64,000 nt of DNA from Blastocladiella emersonii ATCC 22665 (Eukaryota > Fungi > Blastocladiomycota): contig JANHCV010000004.1 in the NCBI GenBank assembly GCA_025594325.1, positions 2,356,001 to 2,420,000 of the forward strand, in the 5' to 3' direction. A model generated the notes under the pieces. It was not told the DNA's origin, did no database searches, and worked only from the letters and a program-made list of their open reading frames with translations. Shown here piece after piece: positions 52,301 to 63,094 of this stretch. How positions within the stretch are numbered: position 1 is the stretch's first letter; the number at the start of each line of letters is the position of its first letter. The translations under genes and the position numbers were made by a program.

Positions 52301-52793
52301 CGACGTGCAGGGTGACGGTCATGGGTTCTTGCTGAAGCGGTGGCTGCGGCGGTGGCGGCTGCTGCTGCCGCTGTTGCTGGGTGCGCGACCGCACCGCGGA
52401 CGAGGTCGGCGCGGGGAGGTGGCTGTCAGATGCGGCCGAGGGCAGGCCGAGCAGGCCGCCGGCGCCGAGGGGCGCCATGCGCGAGTTGGCGCGGGACACG
52501 TCGGTGAGGCCGTGGGCGAGGGTGCCCTCGGAGGTGGCGAGGATGCCGCTGCCGCGGGCCGAGGCGGTCGAGGCGTCGAGGACCGTGATCCGCTCGCGGT
52601 CGACGGAGCTGCGGTGGGTCCCAGCACCCGAGGGCACCTGCGAGGGGAGTAGCAGGTCGTGATCGACGGCCGAGTGCGACGGGCGCATTGTCGGGGCGGC
52701 GTTGCTGGCAGTGGCAGTCGCGGTGGCAGCTGCCTCGGCAGCGGAAGAGGACGAGCCGCGTGGGGCAGGCGCAGCGTCGGAGCGGGGAGGCAT
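49371..52793 (-). CDS. Multi-transmembrane protein with C-terminal class-3 lipase domain, paralog B (3 exons)
   Basis: VRGT, GHSLGGG, SDPIP and CH motifs. Shares RFHR(S/T)S(V/L)WRRA(V/L)H, YGYEA(I/V)VSV and RLAMY(I/V)AS(V/A)GQESK, plus two intron positions, with paralog A. Confidence 0.8.
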
Positions 52794-53281
52794 GGCCGGC
52801 CGAGAGCGAGAAAGGTTCAGGAGGCCAACAGAGTGCGGGGTCGGGCCGGTGCGTCGATGCGGTGGCTCAGTGGCCAAGAATTCGAAGATGCTGGCCGGGC
52901 GCACACGTCTACTCGGAATGCCGCAAGTCGCACTGACTGCCGCGCGATATCATGGAGCTCCGTTGCGTTCAGGCACTCGTCAAGACGTCGGACGCCAAGA
53001 AAGAAAGGCGAGGGACTGCGGCGAGCAGCGTGGCGGCGGCGGTGGCGGCGGCGGCCCACCGGCGCGCCTTGGGACCACGTGGGCGTCTCCCGGTTGGCTC
53101 TTCTGCCTGCCTCTGCGCCCCGCTTCGCGTCGCGTCGCGTCGTTGGCCGAGTCCTGAACTTGGTCGGTGCGGACGGAACCCGAAAAAGGAAGCTGGTGGT
53201 GCTCAGTAATATTGCTGTATTAGGGGGTGTTACGAACTGGAATCCACAAAAACTACTCGCGTGCTGCTCGGCCACGGCCGC

Positions 53282-55210
53282 CTACTCGACCTTGACCTTT
53301 GGTGGCGACCACACGGCCGCGGACCACTGCGCGAACAGCGCGGCCACCGAGGACCACGCCGACGCGACCGCCGGGTGCGACTTGGTCGCCGCCGCGGTCG
53401 CCGAAGCTGCCGCGTCCGCGACCGAGGCGGCCACGCGCTTGGACTCGACGGCCACGTCGGCGGCCGCCACCTCGACGATCTGGCGCAGCGCGGCGGCCTG
53501 GACCGCGACAAAGGCGGCGACGGCGCCCCACTGCGCGGCCACCGACGACTGGGCCTCGGTGGCGCGGGCCGCGAGCGACTCGCGGGCACACGCGGCGCGC
53601 TGGGCGACGGCCGCCTGGGTCCGCGACGCCACTGACACGGCCTCGCACGCCGCCGACGCCACGCCCGTCTTGACCGACACGGCGGCCGCGTCGAGCGACT
53701 CGCGCGCCGCCTCGACGCGCGGGGTCACCGCGGCCACGAGCGGGGCCACGTACGGGTCGACGAGCGCCTGCAGCGCGTGCACGTAGGGCGTCGCGTAGTC
53801 GGCAGCGACGGCGCGCGCGTGCGTGGCCACGTCCTTGGCGACCGTGATGCGCTCGGCAACGAGCGACTGCGCCGACGCCTGCACGTCGGCCACGTGCGCC
53901 GACACCTGCGCCGTCACCGCGGCCTGAGCCTCGGCGACCTGCGACGTGACCGTGGACACGGCGGCCTTGGCCGACTCGACGCGCTCGACGACGGGCGCCA
54001 CGAGGTCGGCCTCGACGCGAGCGACAATGGGCGAGACGACGGGCTCGGCGAGGGCCACGGCGTGGGCGACGGCCGCGTCCTTGGTGGCCACGACCTGCTC
54101 CGTGATCTGCGACTTGACGGCCGACACCTGGTCCGTGACCTGCGACTTGACCGCGGCCACCTGGTCCGTGATCTGGGTCGTAACGGCCGTGACCTGGTCC
54201 GTGACCGACGACTTGACGGCGTGCACCTGGTCCGTGACCTGGGTGGTGACGGCGTGCACCTGCGACGTGACGGCGTTGACCTGCTCCGAGACGAGGCGGA
54301 CCTGGGCGGCCACGTACAGCTCGGCGTCGGCCTTGGCCGACTGCACCGTGGCGAGCGTGGCCGAGGTGCGGTCGACGACCGACGTCACGACCGACGACAC
54401 GAGCGGGAGCGACCACACGGCCGCGAGCACCGAGTCGCGCGTGGCGTGGACGCGCTCCACGGCGGTATCACGGGCCGCGGTGACGCGCCCGACGGCATTG
54501 TCGCGCACGGCCGTCACCGAGCCGACCACCGACTCGGCTGTGCCGATCACCTCGTCGCGCCTGGCGGCCACGGCGAGCGTAATCTTCTCGGCCTCGCCGC
54601 GCACGGCCTCGACGCGGTCCATGACGGGCGTCGGCAGGACCGTGGTGAGCATGGACAGGAGGGCCGTGGGCGACGCCGTCAGGAGCGACTGCGCGGGGGC
54701 CTGCTCGGTGGCGGTGGTCGACTCGGAGTCAGAGTCGGACGACATGGCGGCGGCGGCGGCGGCCGTCTCGACGGGCTTGAGGGGCGGGGTCAGCGGGGGC
54801 GTGAGCGGGCGGCGGGCATTGTCGTTCTCGCTGTCATCGTGCTGGGCGTGCGCGTCCTCGGCGGCGGGGGCCACCTCGACGACGACAACGGCCTCCTCGG
54901 CCTCCTCGGTCTGGGGCTCGGCAGCGGGCGCTAGCGCGGCGACGGGGACAGCGACGGCGACGGGAGCCGCGGCCGTGGTGATGGCGTCGGTGGTGGCGTC
55001 GTCCTCGGGCAGCGAGGCGGCGACGATAGACACGGGGCGCGCGGGGAGCGGGTCCGTGGCGGGCGGCACGGGCGCGTCGACGGCGGCCGACGTGGGCGAC
55101 GCGATCGGCGTCGGGAACGCGGCGGCGGCGGCGGCCGTGGTGGTGGTCGCAGCGGGCACGTCCTTGGCCTTGCTGGCGGACGCGTTCTTGGCGGCGTTCT
55201 TCTTCGCCAT
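53282..55210 (-). CDS. Ala/Val-rich helical protein with 11-residue amphipathic repeats (perilipin/apolipoprotein/LEA-like)
   Basis: Long stop-free ORF with coding bias starting MAKKNAAKN. Repeats VTDQVHAVKSS/VTDQVTAVTTQ/ITDQVAAVKSQ/VTDQVSAVKSQ/ITEQVVATKDA. Confidence 0.7.
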   Translation of the reverse strand: MAKKNAAKNASASKAKDVPAATTTTAAAAAAFPTPIASPTSAAVDAPVPPATDPLPARPVSIVAASLPEDDATTDAITTAAAPVAVAVPVAALAPAAEPQTEEAEEAVVVVEVAPAAEDAHAQHDDSENDNARRPLTPPLTPPLKPVETAAAAAAMSSDSDSESTTATEQAPAQSLLTASPTALLSMLTTVLPTPVMDRVEAVRGEAEKITLAVAARRDEVIGTAESVVGSVTAVRDNAVGRVTAARDTAVERVHATRDSVLAAVWSLPLVSSVVTSVVDRTSATLATVQSAKADAELYVAAQVRLVSEQVNAVTSQVHAVTTQVTDQVHAVKSSVTDQVTAVTTQITDQVAAVKSQVTDQVSAVKSQITEQVVATKDAAVAHAVALAEPVVSPIVARVEADLVAPVVERVESAKAAVSTVTSQVAEAQAAVTAQVSAHVADVQASAQSLVAERITVAKDVATHARAVAADYATPYVHALQALVDPYVAPLVAAVTPRVEAARESLDAAAVSVKTGVASAACEAVSVASRTQAAVAQRAACARESLAARATEAQSSVAAQWGAVAAFVAVQAAALRQIVEVAAADVAVESKRVAASVADAAASATAAATKSHPAVASAWSSVAALFAQWSAAVWSPPKVKVE

Positions 55211-56199
55211 TTCGGGAAGGAGACGGGGTGGGGTTTGGGGGGAGGGGGAGGGGGAGGAGGAGGGGAGTGGATGCAAGCGGTCCGGACTCAGAGCGCGCGT
55301 TTGGCGAAGCGGGCGAGACGGATCCAGCCGGACAGCGTGCAGAGCGAGAGGGAGCGGGAGAAGCTCGCGGGCGTCGCCGCCTTTTGTATGTGCGGCGGCC
55401 GCACACAGCGACACGGCGGCGGCCGGCGGAGATGAGCGCGCGCGCGGCGAGGGACCGCGTGAAAAATTCGCGGCGGCAAGCGCGGCGGCAAGCGCGGCGG
55501 CCCCCGCGGGCAAGGTTGCAGCCGGTGACGCAACGTGGCGTAACGCGCGCTCCCACGGTTTCGCCGCCCGCCCTCGCTTTCACGCCGCCGCTCGCCCCTC
55601 GCCTCGCTTGTTCTCGCCCTCATCCGGCGTCGTCGGGCTGCTCTCCACGTCGACTTCGCCGGTCGCTGCTTCTCTCCCGCACCACGGCCGCGCACGCAGG
55701 ACTCTGCGCCAAAGTTGCTGAGGCGCTCGCTCGCCTCGCTCTGCCCACGTTGGCCCGCTCGCGCGAGCGGATCGGGGGATCGTCTCGTCGCCCTCCATGC
55801 ATGTCCGAGTCTGGGGCCTGCCGCTGTCAACAACGAGCGGACAACGTTCTCCCGCCGAGCGGGCCGTCTTGAATGACGTGTGGAGTGAAACCGGGCCTTC
55901 AACGAGAGACGACCGCCATGGTGTGCGGCTCGGGGTATCGCACAAAAACCAAGGTTTAGACATATTTTGTATTGTTATAAAGGCGCCATGGCGTGCTTGA
56001 GCCGAGCAAACACGTTTGAGGGCCAGGGGAGTCGAGGACCGCTTAGCTCCAAGCGGGCCGGGACCGTTTTCACGCGCGGGTCTGAGCCACCCTCCGCCGC
56101 GCCAGGTGCGAGACACTGCTGAAAACTCTCCCCGTATCACTCCCCTATCGCGCCTTCTTGATGGAACAAGCAAATCCTATTGGAGCAGCGTCATCACCG

Positions 56200-57718
56200 T
56201 CACCACCCCTCGCGCCGCCCGTCGAGGTAGTGCTTGTTGCGGGAGATGGACTCGGCGACCGAGCTCGCGCCACTCCCGCTGCCGCCGAGCAGGTTACGCG
56301 TGAACCGCGCTGCGCCGTCAGGCCGCGGCCCCGCGCGCTCGAGCGCCGCCGCCTCCTCGGCCGCCGCCCGCTCCGCCGCCTCGGCCCGCGCCAGCCGGTC
56401 GCGCTCCACCTCCTTGGCGTCCTGCATCATCGCCGCCAGCTTGGCCGCGCGCTCACGCTCCCGCGCCGCCTCGGCTTCCGCGGCGGCCGCCGGGTCGGGT
56501 CGGTGGTGGTGGTGCGACGGGGCGGGCGACCGGCGACGCGCGCCCATGTCAAAGTGCGTGGTGCGCCGCGCGGATGCAGGAGGGGACCGCGATCGCCGAC
56601 GCTCGGACTGGCGGTCGCGCGGTGCTGGCGCCGGACTGCGCGAGCGGTGGCGGTCGCGTGGTGGAGACGGCGAGTGGCGACGCGTGCGACGTTCGTCGGC
56701 TGGGCTACGCGACCGATACCGACGCATAGGCTCGGCAGGACTCGGCGAACGATGGCGACGCTTCGAGTCAACGGGGCTCGGCGAACGGTGGCGGCGCGAC
56801 TCGGCCATCGCGCTGCGAGACCGGTGCCGCGAAGCGCGAGGGCTGTGCGACCGCTCTCGCCGACTGCCGCTGCTGCCGTAGTCGCGCTCGCGATCCCGCC
56901 GCGGCGAGCGAGAACGGGACAGCGACCGGTCGCGTTTGCTCGACTTGTGCCGCTTTTCCTTCTTCTCCTTCTTCTCCTTTTTGTTCTTCTTGTGCTTCTC
57001 CTACACACACGCGAACAGGATGGAGTGTCAGAGTCACCTGCAATCCCACAAAGCCGAGTAGCAACGTACCTGCAGGCTCTTGACCTGGATCGGGTTGCTG
57101 AGCATGCGCTGGATCGCCTCCTGCTCGCGCCGTTTGATGGCGAACATGGGGTCGTCGCGCACCTTGCTCATCAGGTCGCGCGCCGTGTTGGCCTTGGGGT
57201 TGCTGAGCGCGATCATGTCGAGCGCGCTCGTTGCGCCCATTGCTGCCGCCGTGGCTTCCGCCGCCTTGGCCTTGGCCTGCTCGGTGAGCGCCCGCTCCGC
57301 GCGCTTGCGGCCGAGCAGAAAGTCCTCGGCGTCCGTCGACAGGCCGCCGCCGGCGCCCGCGGGCACCGCGTACATCCAGTCGATGCGGTTCGATCGCTTG
57401 CTACACGGGCGAGCCGTCAGTATCCCGCCCCCGTTGCGAGTATAGCACCAAGACGTACATTAGGCCGGCCTTTTCCTGCAGCTCCATGAGCTCCTGCTTC
57501 TGGCGCTCCTCGGCGAGCTCCTTGCGCAGCTGCTCGAGCTTGCGCGCCTCCTCGGCCGCCCTCTGCTCCTCCTTCCACACCCGCTCCTGGTTTTTGAACG
57601 TCTGCGGGTGCCACGACTTTTTCAGGTTCTACTCGCGTGCGCCCGTGTTGGCGTTAGCGTGTGGCCAGGAATGCAGGACCATCGGGCGAGGACGACGTAC
57701 AAGGTCGCCTCCTCCCAT
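56200..57718 (-). CDS. CWC25: Pre-mRNA splicing factor Cwc25; multi-exon
   Basis: MGGGDL|[39 protein letters not shown] and an RS-rich tail. Confidence 0.92.
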
Positions 57719-58032
57719 TTTGTCAGGTTATTCCGTTGGTTTACTTGAGAGAAACGAGTTGCATCAAGTCCAGCGGACTAGGATTCTATTCAGGTCGAGT
57801 TACATGAGGGCGAGGGCCCGAAAACGCGTCGCTTGGAAAAGAGTCAGCAGTCCCCCAGCGACGCACCACGTGGCGCCAACAGGACCGCGAATGCACTCGC
57901 GCGTCCCTGCCCGCCGCCCGCCGCCACGCCGCCGCGGTCACTGTGGCCGTGCTGCGCCGCAGATCCCTCACCAAACCGCCGGAAATCGCACCAGCAGGAG
58001 CGCGCAATCACACGCCGCCACGCATCGACACC

Positions 58033-60363
58033 ATGGGACGCCAACGCAGCCGCGCGGAAAAGACACTCGCGGTGAACCTGCCGCAGCTGCAGAACCTGAT
58101 CAAGCGCGACCCCGTGTCCTACGGGTCCGAGTTTGCGCAGCAGCTGCGGTACCTCGAGTCGCAGCTGCAGCTCGTGGCCAAGTCGCCGCACGACCCGCCG
58201 CAGAAGGCGCTGCCGGAGCTGCTGTCGTTCATTGCGCAGACGGTCCCGAGCTACCACGCCAAGGTGCCCGCCGCCGCGGCCGTCCCCGCGCAGCTCATGG
58301 ACCTGCTGCGCGCCTCGGCCACGGTCATCCACCCGGACACGCGCCGCGCCATCGTGTCGGCGCTCGTCCACCTGCACAACCGCGGCGTCGTTGACTCGCT
58401 CGCGGTCCTGCCGCTCTTCTTCCACCTGTTCCGGTGCCGCGACAAGACGCTGCGCGAGACCCTGCACACGTTCATTGTCCAGGACATCAAGACCGCCAAC
58501 GCCAAGCACACCAACAACAAGCTCAACAAGGCCATCCAGAACCTCCTCTACGCGATCCTGACCCCGCCGCCCGGCTACACGGCGGCTGCCGCCGGGTCGA
58601 CGGCCAACGGCGACGACGAGGACGCGACGGGCTTCTCCCCCGTGGCCGCGCAGAAGGCGCTGCAGATCTGCATCGAGCTGTACAAGAAGAACCTGTGGAC
58701 CGACGCCAAGACGGTGAACGTGATCGCCGAGGCGTGCTTCTCGCCCGTGGCCAAGATCATGTCGACGGCCGTGCACTTTTTCATCGGCGCCGACAACACC
58801 GAGGAGCAGGGCGACGCGAGCGACGACGAGGACGGCGGCGGCGGCGCGACGACCGCCGACACCAAGGCCATGCACCACGCGCAGCACGTGTCCAAGATCA
58901 CCAAGAAGTCGCGCGCCAACGCGCGCAAGCTCGACAAGATCGTGGCGGCGGCCAAGCGCAGCACCAAGTCCAAGGGCGCCGGCGCCGGCCGCGACGGCAA
59001 GGTCCACTTCTCGGCGCTGTCGCTCATCTACGACCCGCAGTCGTTTGCCGAGAAGCTGTTCGCGCGCGTCAAGGGCGCGCATTTCGCCTTCGACACCAAG
59101 CTGCAGCTGCTCAACCTCGTGTCGCGCGTGATTGCCAGCCACAAGCTCTTCATCCTCAGCTTCTACACGTTCATGCAAAAGTACCTGCAGCCGCACCAGC
59201 GCAACGTCACGGGCCTGCTCGCGTACACGGCGCAGGCCGCGCACGACCTGGTCCCGCCCGATGTCCTGGGCCCGGTCCTGCGCGTCATCGCCGACCAGTT
59301 CGTCACGGACCACGCGTCGCGCGAGGTCGTCGCCGCGGGGCTCAACTCGATCCGCGAGATCTGCGCCCGGTGCCCGCTCGCCATGGACACGGACCTGCTC
59401 GCCGACCTCGTCCAGTACAAGGAGCACCGCGACAAGTCGGTCGTCATGGCCGCGCGCTCGCTCATCGGCCTGTACCGCGAGGTCAACCCGGGCATGCTGC
59501 CCAAGAACGAGCGCGGCAAGTCCGCCTCCATGCAGATGCAGGCCGGGATTGCGGCGAGCCTCGAGTTTGGCCGCGTCGCTGCCGCCACGCGTGTCGCCGG
59601 CGCCGAGCTGCTCGACATGGCGGTTGCCGACGGCGACGCCACCCTGCACGACGACGGCGACGACGCGGCCTGGGACGGGTGGGCCGCCGAGGACTCGGAC
59701 GATTCCGACAGCGACGACGGCGAGTGGCATAACGTGTCGTCGGGCGACGAGGGCGACGACGGCGTTATCCAGCTGTCGGACGATTCCGACGACGAGGACG
59801 ACGAGAAGCCCGCCAAGGAGTCGAAGAAGGCTGCCGCCGAGGAGAACGAGGAGGAGGCCAAGGCCGAGGACGAGGAGCAGACGGACGCCGACGCGCCACC
59901 ATCGGGTCCCGCGCCGCTGCCCATCGAGGCGACGCGGTTCCTGACGCCGGCCGACTTCGCGCGCATGGCGGAGCTGCGCGCGGCGGCCGAGGCGTCGACG
60001 GACAAGGACCCGAAGAACAGCAAGAAGCGCAAGCGCGCGGCGGCGCTGCTGGCCAACGCCAAGTACGAGGTGACCGAGTTTGTCAACGAGGACTCGCTGG
60101 TGCCGCTGCGCAAGAAGCCCAAGTCCGACTACGAGGAGCGCATGGCGTCGATCGCGGCCGGCCGCGAGGGCCGCGAGAAGTTCGGCTCGCGCATGGGCAA
60201 GAAGGAGGGCAAGTCGACCTCCAACCTCGAAAAGCGCCGCACCAAGGACTACAACATGGTCGCCAAGTCGCGCCGCGTCTCGGGCAAGCACAAGGCCTCG
60301 CTCCGCGACAAGACGCGCGGCATGCGCAAGCATATCGACAAGCAGAAGCTCGGCCGGTACTAG
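58033..60363 (+). CDS. SDA1: Ribosome biogenesis protein Sda1
   Basis: NLPQLQNLIKRDPVSY, ALQICIELYKKNLWTDAKTVN, YLQPHQRNVT, GLNSIREICARCPL, V(V)MAARSLIGLYREVNP and STSNLEKRRTK. Confidence 0.95.
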   Translation: MGRQRSRAEKTLAVNLPQLQNLIKRDPVSYGSEFAQQLRYLESQLQLVAKSPHDPPQKALPELLSFIAQTVPSYHAKVPAAAAVPAQLMDLLRASATVIHPDTRRAIVSALVHLHNRGVVDSLAVLPLFFHLFRCRDKTLRETLHTFIVQDIKTANAKHTNNKLNKAIQNLLYAILTPPPGYTAAAAGSTANGDDEDATGFSPVAAQKALQICIELYKKNLWTDAKTVNVIAEACFSPVAKIMSTAVHFFIGADNTEEQGDASDDEDGGGGATTADTKAMHHAQHVSKITKKSRANARKLDKIVAAAKRSTKSKGAGAGRDGKVHFSALSLIYDPQSFAEKLFARVKGAHFAFDTKLQLLNLVSRVIASHKLFILSFYTFMQKYLQPHQRNVTGLLAYTAQAAHDLVPPDVLGPVLRVIADQFVTDHASREVVAAGLNSIREICARCPLAMDTDLLADLVQYKEHRDKSVVMAARSLIGLYREVNPGMLPKNERGKSASMQMQAGIAASLEFGRVAAATRVAGAELLDMAVADGDATLHDDGDDAAWDGWAAEDSDDSDSDDGEWHNVSSGDEGDDGVIQLSDDSDDEDDEKPAKESKKAAAEENEEEAKAEDEEQTDADAPPSGPAPLPIEATRFLTPADFARMAELRAAAEASTDKDPKNSKKRKRAAALLANAKYEVTEFVNEDSLVPLRKKPKSDYEERMASIAAGREGREKFGSRMGKKEGKSTSNLEKRRTKDYNMVAKSRRVSGKHKASLRDKTRGMRKHIDKQKLGRY

Positions 60364-60428
60364 ATCGGCGGGTCGTCGTTCCATTGATAGTTTTGCCTAT
60401 ATATATAAACTAGTATCGCCCACATTAA

Positions 60429-61901
60429 CTACGCGGCAGCCGCGGCCGCGGGACCCGGCGGGAGCGCGTCGACAAGCGCACGCAGCTTGAGCATGAGCGA
60501 CGGCACGTTGGCCTTGTACTTGGCGGCCATGGGCACCACGTCCCATACCCCCGAATCGGACTCGGTCCACCCGGCGCGGTACTCGCCGGCGTCGAGCCAC
60601 GCGCGGAGGTTGCGCAGGCCGTCGACAGCCTGCGGCGCGAGGTCGGCCTTGTTCCCGACGACGAGCGCGGGGCGGCGCGTGAGCCCGGGTTTGTACTTTT
60701 CGAGCTCGTCAATAAGCGTCTTGAGGTCGCGCACGGGGTCGTCGCTGAGGTCGACGACAAACACGAACGCGCGCGACCGCTCGACGTGGCGCAAAAAGTC
60801 GTGGCCGAGCCCGACGTTGCGGTGGGCGCCCGCGACGAGGCCCGGGATATCGGCCATGGTGGCGCGGAACGCGTCGGGCCACACGAGCGTGCCGAGGAAC
60901 GGGTTGAGCGTGGTGAACGGGTAGTCGGCGACCTTCGACGACGCGTTGGACAGGGCGTTGAGCAGCGACGACTTGCCCGCGTTCGGCATCCCGATCAGAC
61001 CGAGGTCCGCGATCGTCTTGAGCTCGAGCTGCAGCGTGCGCACCTGCCCCGGGACGCCCAGCGTGCGCTCGCGCGGCGAACGGTGGGTCCCCGAAAAGTG
61101 GATGTTGCCCAGCCCGCCCTGCCCGCCGCGCACCATGGTGTGCGTCTGCCCGGGCGTGTCAAAGTGGATCTCCCACTTGCTGTTGGGGGTCGCGGCGCCC
61201 GCGGGTGTGGTGGCGGCGTCCGGAGTCGCGAGCGGTACGGCCGTCGGCAGGAGCTCCTGCATGAGCTTCTCGTGCGGGTTCTTCTTCTTGAGTCGCGCGA
61301 GGATATCCTCGCGCTCGCCGGGGATCCCGGCCATGACCTGGTCCGGGTGGAACGGCTTGGTGACCTCGTCGACGACGGCCGCGTGGGCGCGCGCGCGGTC
61401 CGAGACGGGCGCCGTGTACGCGGACACGACGGTGCCGACGGGCACCTCGACGACGAGCGGCTGCGCGTTCTTGCCGTGCATCATCTTGCCCATGCCGTTG
61501 ATCCCGTGGGGCGCCGCGTACTTTGTGCGGAGCCCGCGCAGCGTGCTGGCGGATGCGGTCGCGACGAACACGACGTCGCCGCCGCGCCCGCCGTTGCCGC
61601 CCGCCGGCGGACCTTTGGGCCGCCCGGCCTCGCGCAGGAACGCGATGCACCCGTCGCCGCCGTTGCCCGCCTTGACCTCGACGCGCATCCGGTCGATGAA
61701 GTGGCGGTCCTTGCCCAGCAGCTTGTGCGTCACCTTGCGCTTCACGGCCCACTCGGCCACCTCGGGCGCCGGCGACATGGCCTCGGCCGCGTCGTCGCGG
61801 AACCACCGGCGGAGCGGCGCGGTCGCGGGCGCCGATCGCCGGTGAAGCGTGCGCAATAGTGCAAGAGGTCGTGTTGCTGCAGCTAATGACATTGGATTCA
61901 T
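60429..61901 (-). CDS. MTG2: Obg/CgtA-family GTPase, probably mitochondrial (MTG2-like)
   Basis: Gly-rich Obg fold (GNGGDG, GNGGRGGDV, GGQGGLGN). G-domain motifs GLIGMPNAGKSS, YPFTTLNP, DIPGL and NKAD. Confidence 0.88.
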   Translation of the reverse strand: MNPMSLAAATRPLALLRTLHRRSAPATAPLRRWFRDDAAEAMSPAPEVAEWAVKRKVTHKLLGKDRHFIDRMRVEVKAGNGGDGCIAFLREAGRPKGPPAGGNGGRGGDVVFVATASASTLRGLRTKYAAPHGINGMGKMMHGKNAQPLVVEVPVGTVVSAYTAPVSDRARAHAAVVDEVTKPFHPDQVMAGIPGEREDILARLKKKNPHEKLMQELLPTAVPLATPDAATTPAGAATPNSKWEIHFDTPGQTHTMVRGGQGGLGNIHFSGTHRSPRERTLGVPGQVRTLQLELKTIADLGLIGMPNAGKSSLLNALSNASSKVADYPFTTLNPFLGTLVWPDAFRATMADIPGLVAGAHRNVGLGHDFLRHVERSRAFVFVVDLSDDPVRDLKTLIDELEKYKPGLTRRPALVVGNKADLAPQAVDGLRNLRAWLDAGEYRAGWTESDSGVWDVVPMAAKYKANVPSLMLKLRALVDALPPGPAAAAAA

Positions 61902-62173
61902 TCGATGTTGTTGAGGGGAGAGCGGGCCGCGAGACAGCGGATCGTTTCAATCGAGCAGAAGCCACACGTGAGAGCATGCCGGGCTGAGGCTGAGGCGCAA
62001 CGCGCTCGAGGGAGGACGCGACGAGGAGGAGAGACACAGTGAAAGCATTACGGTAGGTGTATAGGGCGAACAATGAGACAGAATCGACAAAGATAGGGTG
62101 GTGGATGGGTTTCGACACGCGCGCACGCGCTCAGGGCCGAGCATGAGCGAGCGGTCGGTAATGGCGGGCGGGC

Positions 62174-63094
62174 TTACTTGTACATCTTGAGCAGGAAGCC
62201 AGCGACGGCGCCGATGGCAAGGGCACCGGCCGACGCGCCGATGATGGCGCCCGACTGGTTGGTGAGGGCGGCGACGCGCGACGCGGCGGCCTGGTCGGCG
62301 GCGGCGTGGCGGACGCCCTTGACGTTGGAGCGAGCACCGGGGAGCTCCGAGCCGTCGAAGCAGTAGTACTGGGCAAAGAAGTCGTTCTGGAGCCACAGGA
62401 GCTTGTTGAAGGCCAGCAGCGTCTTCTTCTTGGTCTCGGGGTCGAGCGGCAGGTCCGAGATGGCTCCGATCAGGACCGACTCGACGAAGCCCATGAGAGC
62501 CCCAATATGCACATATTCGACGTTGATCGATGTCTTCTTGTTCCTTTAAAGGAGAGGAGAGGTGGAGGTGAGTGATTGGCGACGGGGAGAGCGAGGTCGG
62601 GTGAGATGAGCAACGTACGCGTTGTCGGTGTGGATCAGGGCGACCCAGTCGAGGTACTTGATGAAGCCGGGGCTGGTGATGTCGCTGGAGGAGCGGAGGG
62701 TGGAGGAGAGGACGTCAGTGACCAGGATCACGGGCGGGGCGGGGTGGGGAGAGGAGGCGAGGAGACCGTACGAGGTGACGAGCTTGACGAGGTACTTGGA
62801 CAGCATGTCCTTGCGGAAGGCGATCTGCTCGGACTTGAGCGAGAGCTGCTCCGCGTCCGTAATCGACTCGCCCTTGAAGCCGTCCATGCGGTTCGCAAAG
62901 GTCTGCTTCGTAATGTCGAAGCTGAACAATTTCTGGTACACTGCGTCGACCACAGCCGGAACCATAGGCCCGAGGTACTGCGCGGAAGCGTGCACGAGCT
63001 TCTGGTCTTCCTCGGACCAGTTAATGAAGCTCGCGACGTACTTGGCGCGGTACACCGAGTCGGTGTAGAGCTGGTCGCGGTCGATATGCTGCAT
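62174..63094 (-). CDS. Protoglobin-like (globin-sensor) single-domain globin with hydrophobic C-terminal tail (3 exons)
   Basis: VVDAVYQKLFSFDITK, FRKDMLSKYL, YLDWVALIHT, INVEYVHIGALMGF and AFNKLLWLQNDFF, typical of fungal sensor globins. Confidence 0.85.

Noticed and set aside
57844-60384. 846-aa antisense ORF over SDA1, and similar long antisense or alternative-frame ORFs (28852-32241 +, 35597-38032 -, 23302-25149 -, 53946-55721 +)
   Set aside because: Shadow ORFs expected from extreme GC3 bias opposite real genes. They give low-complexity Arg/Gly/Ala translations with no motifs.
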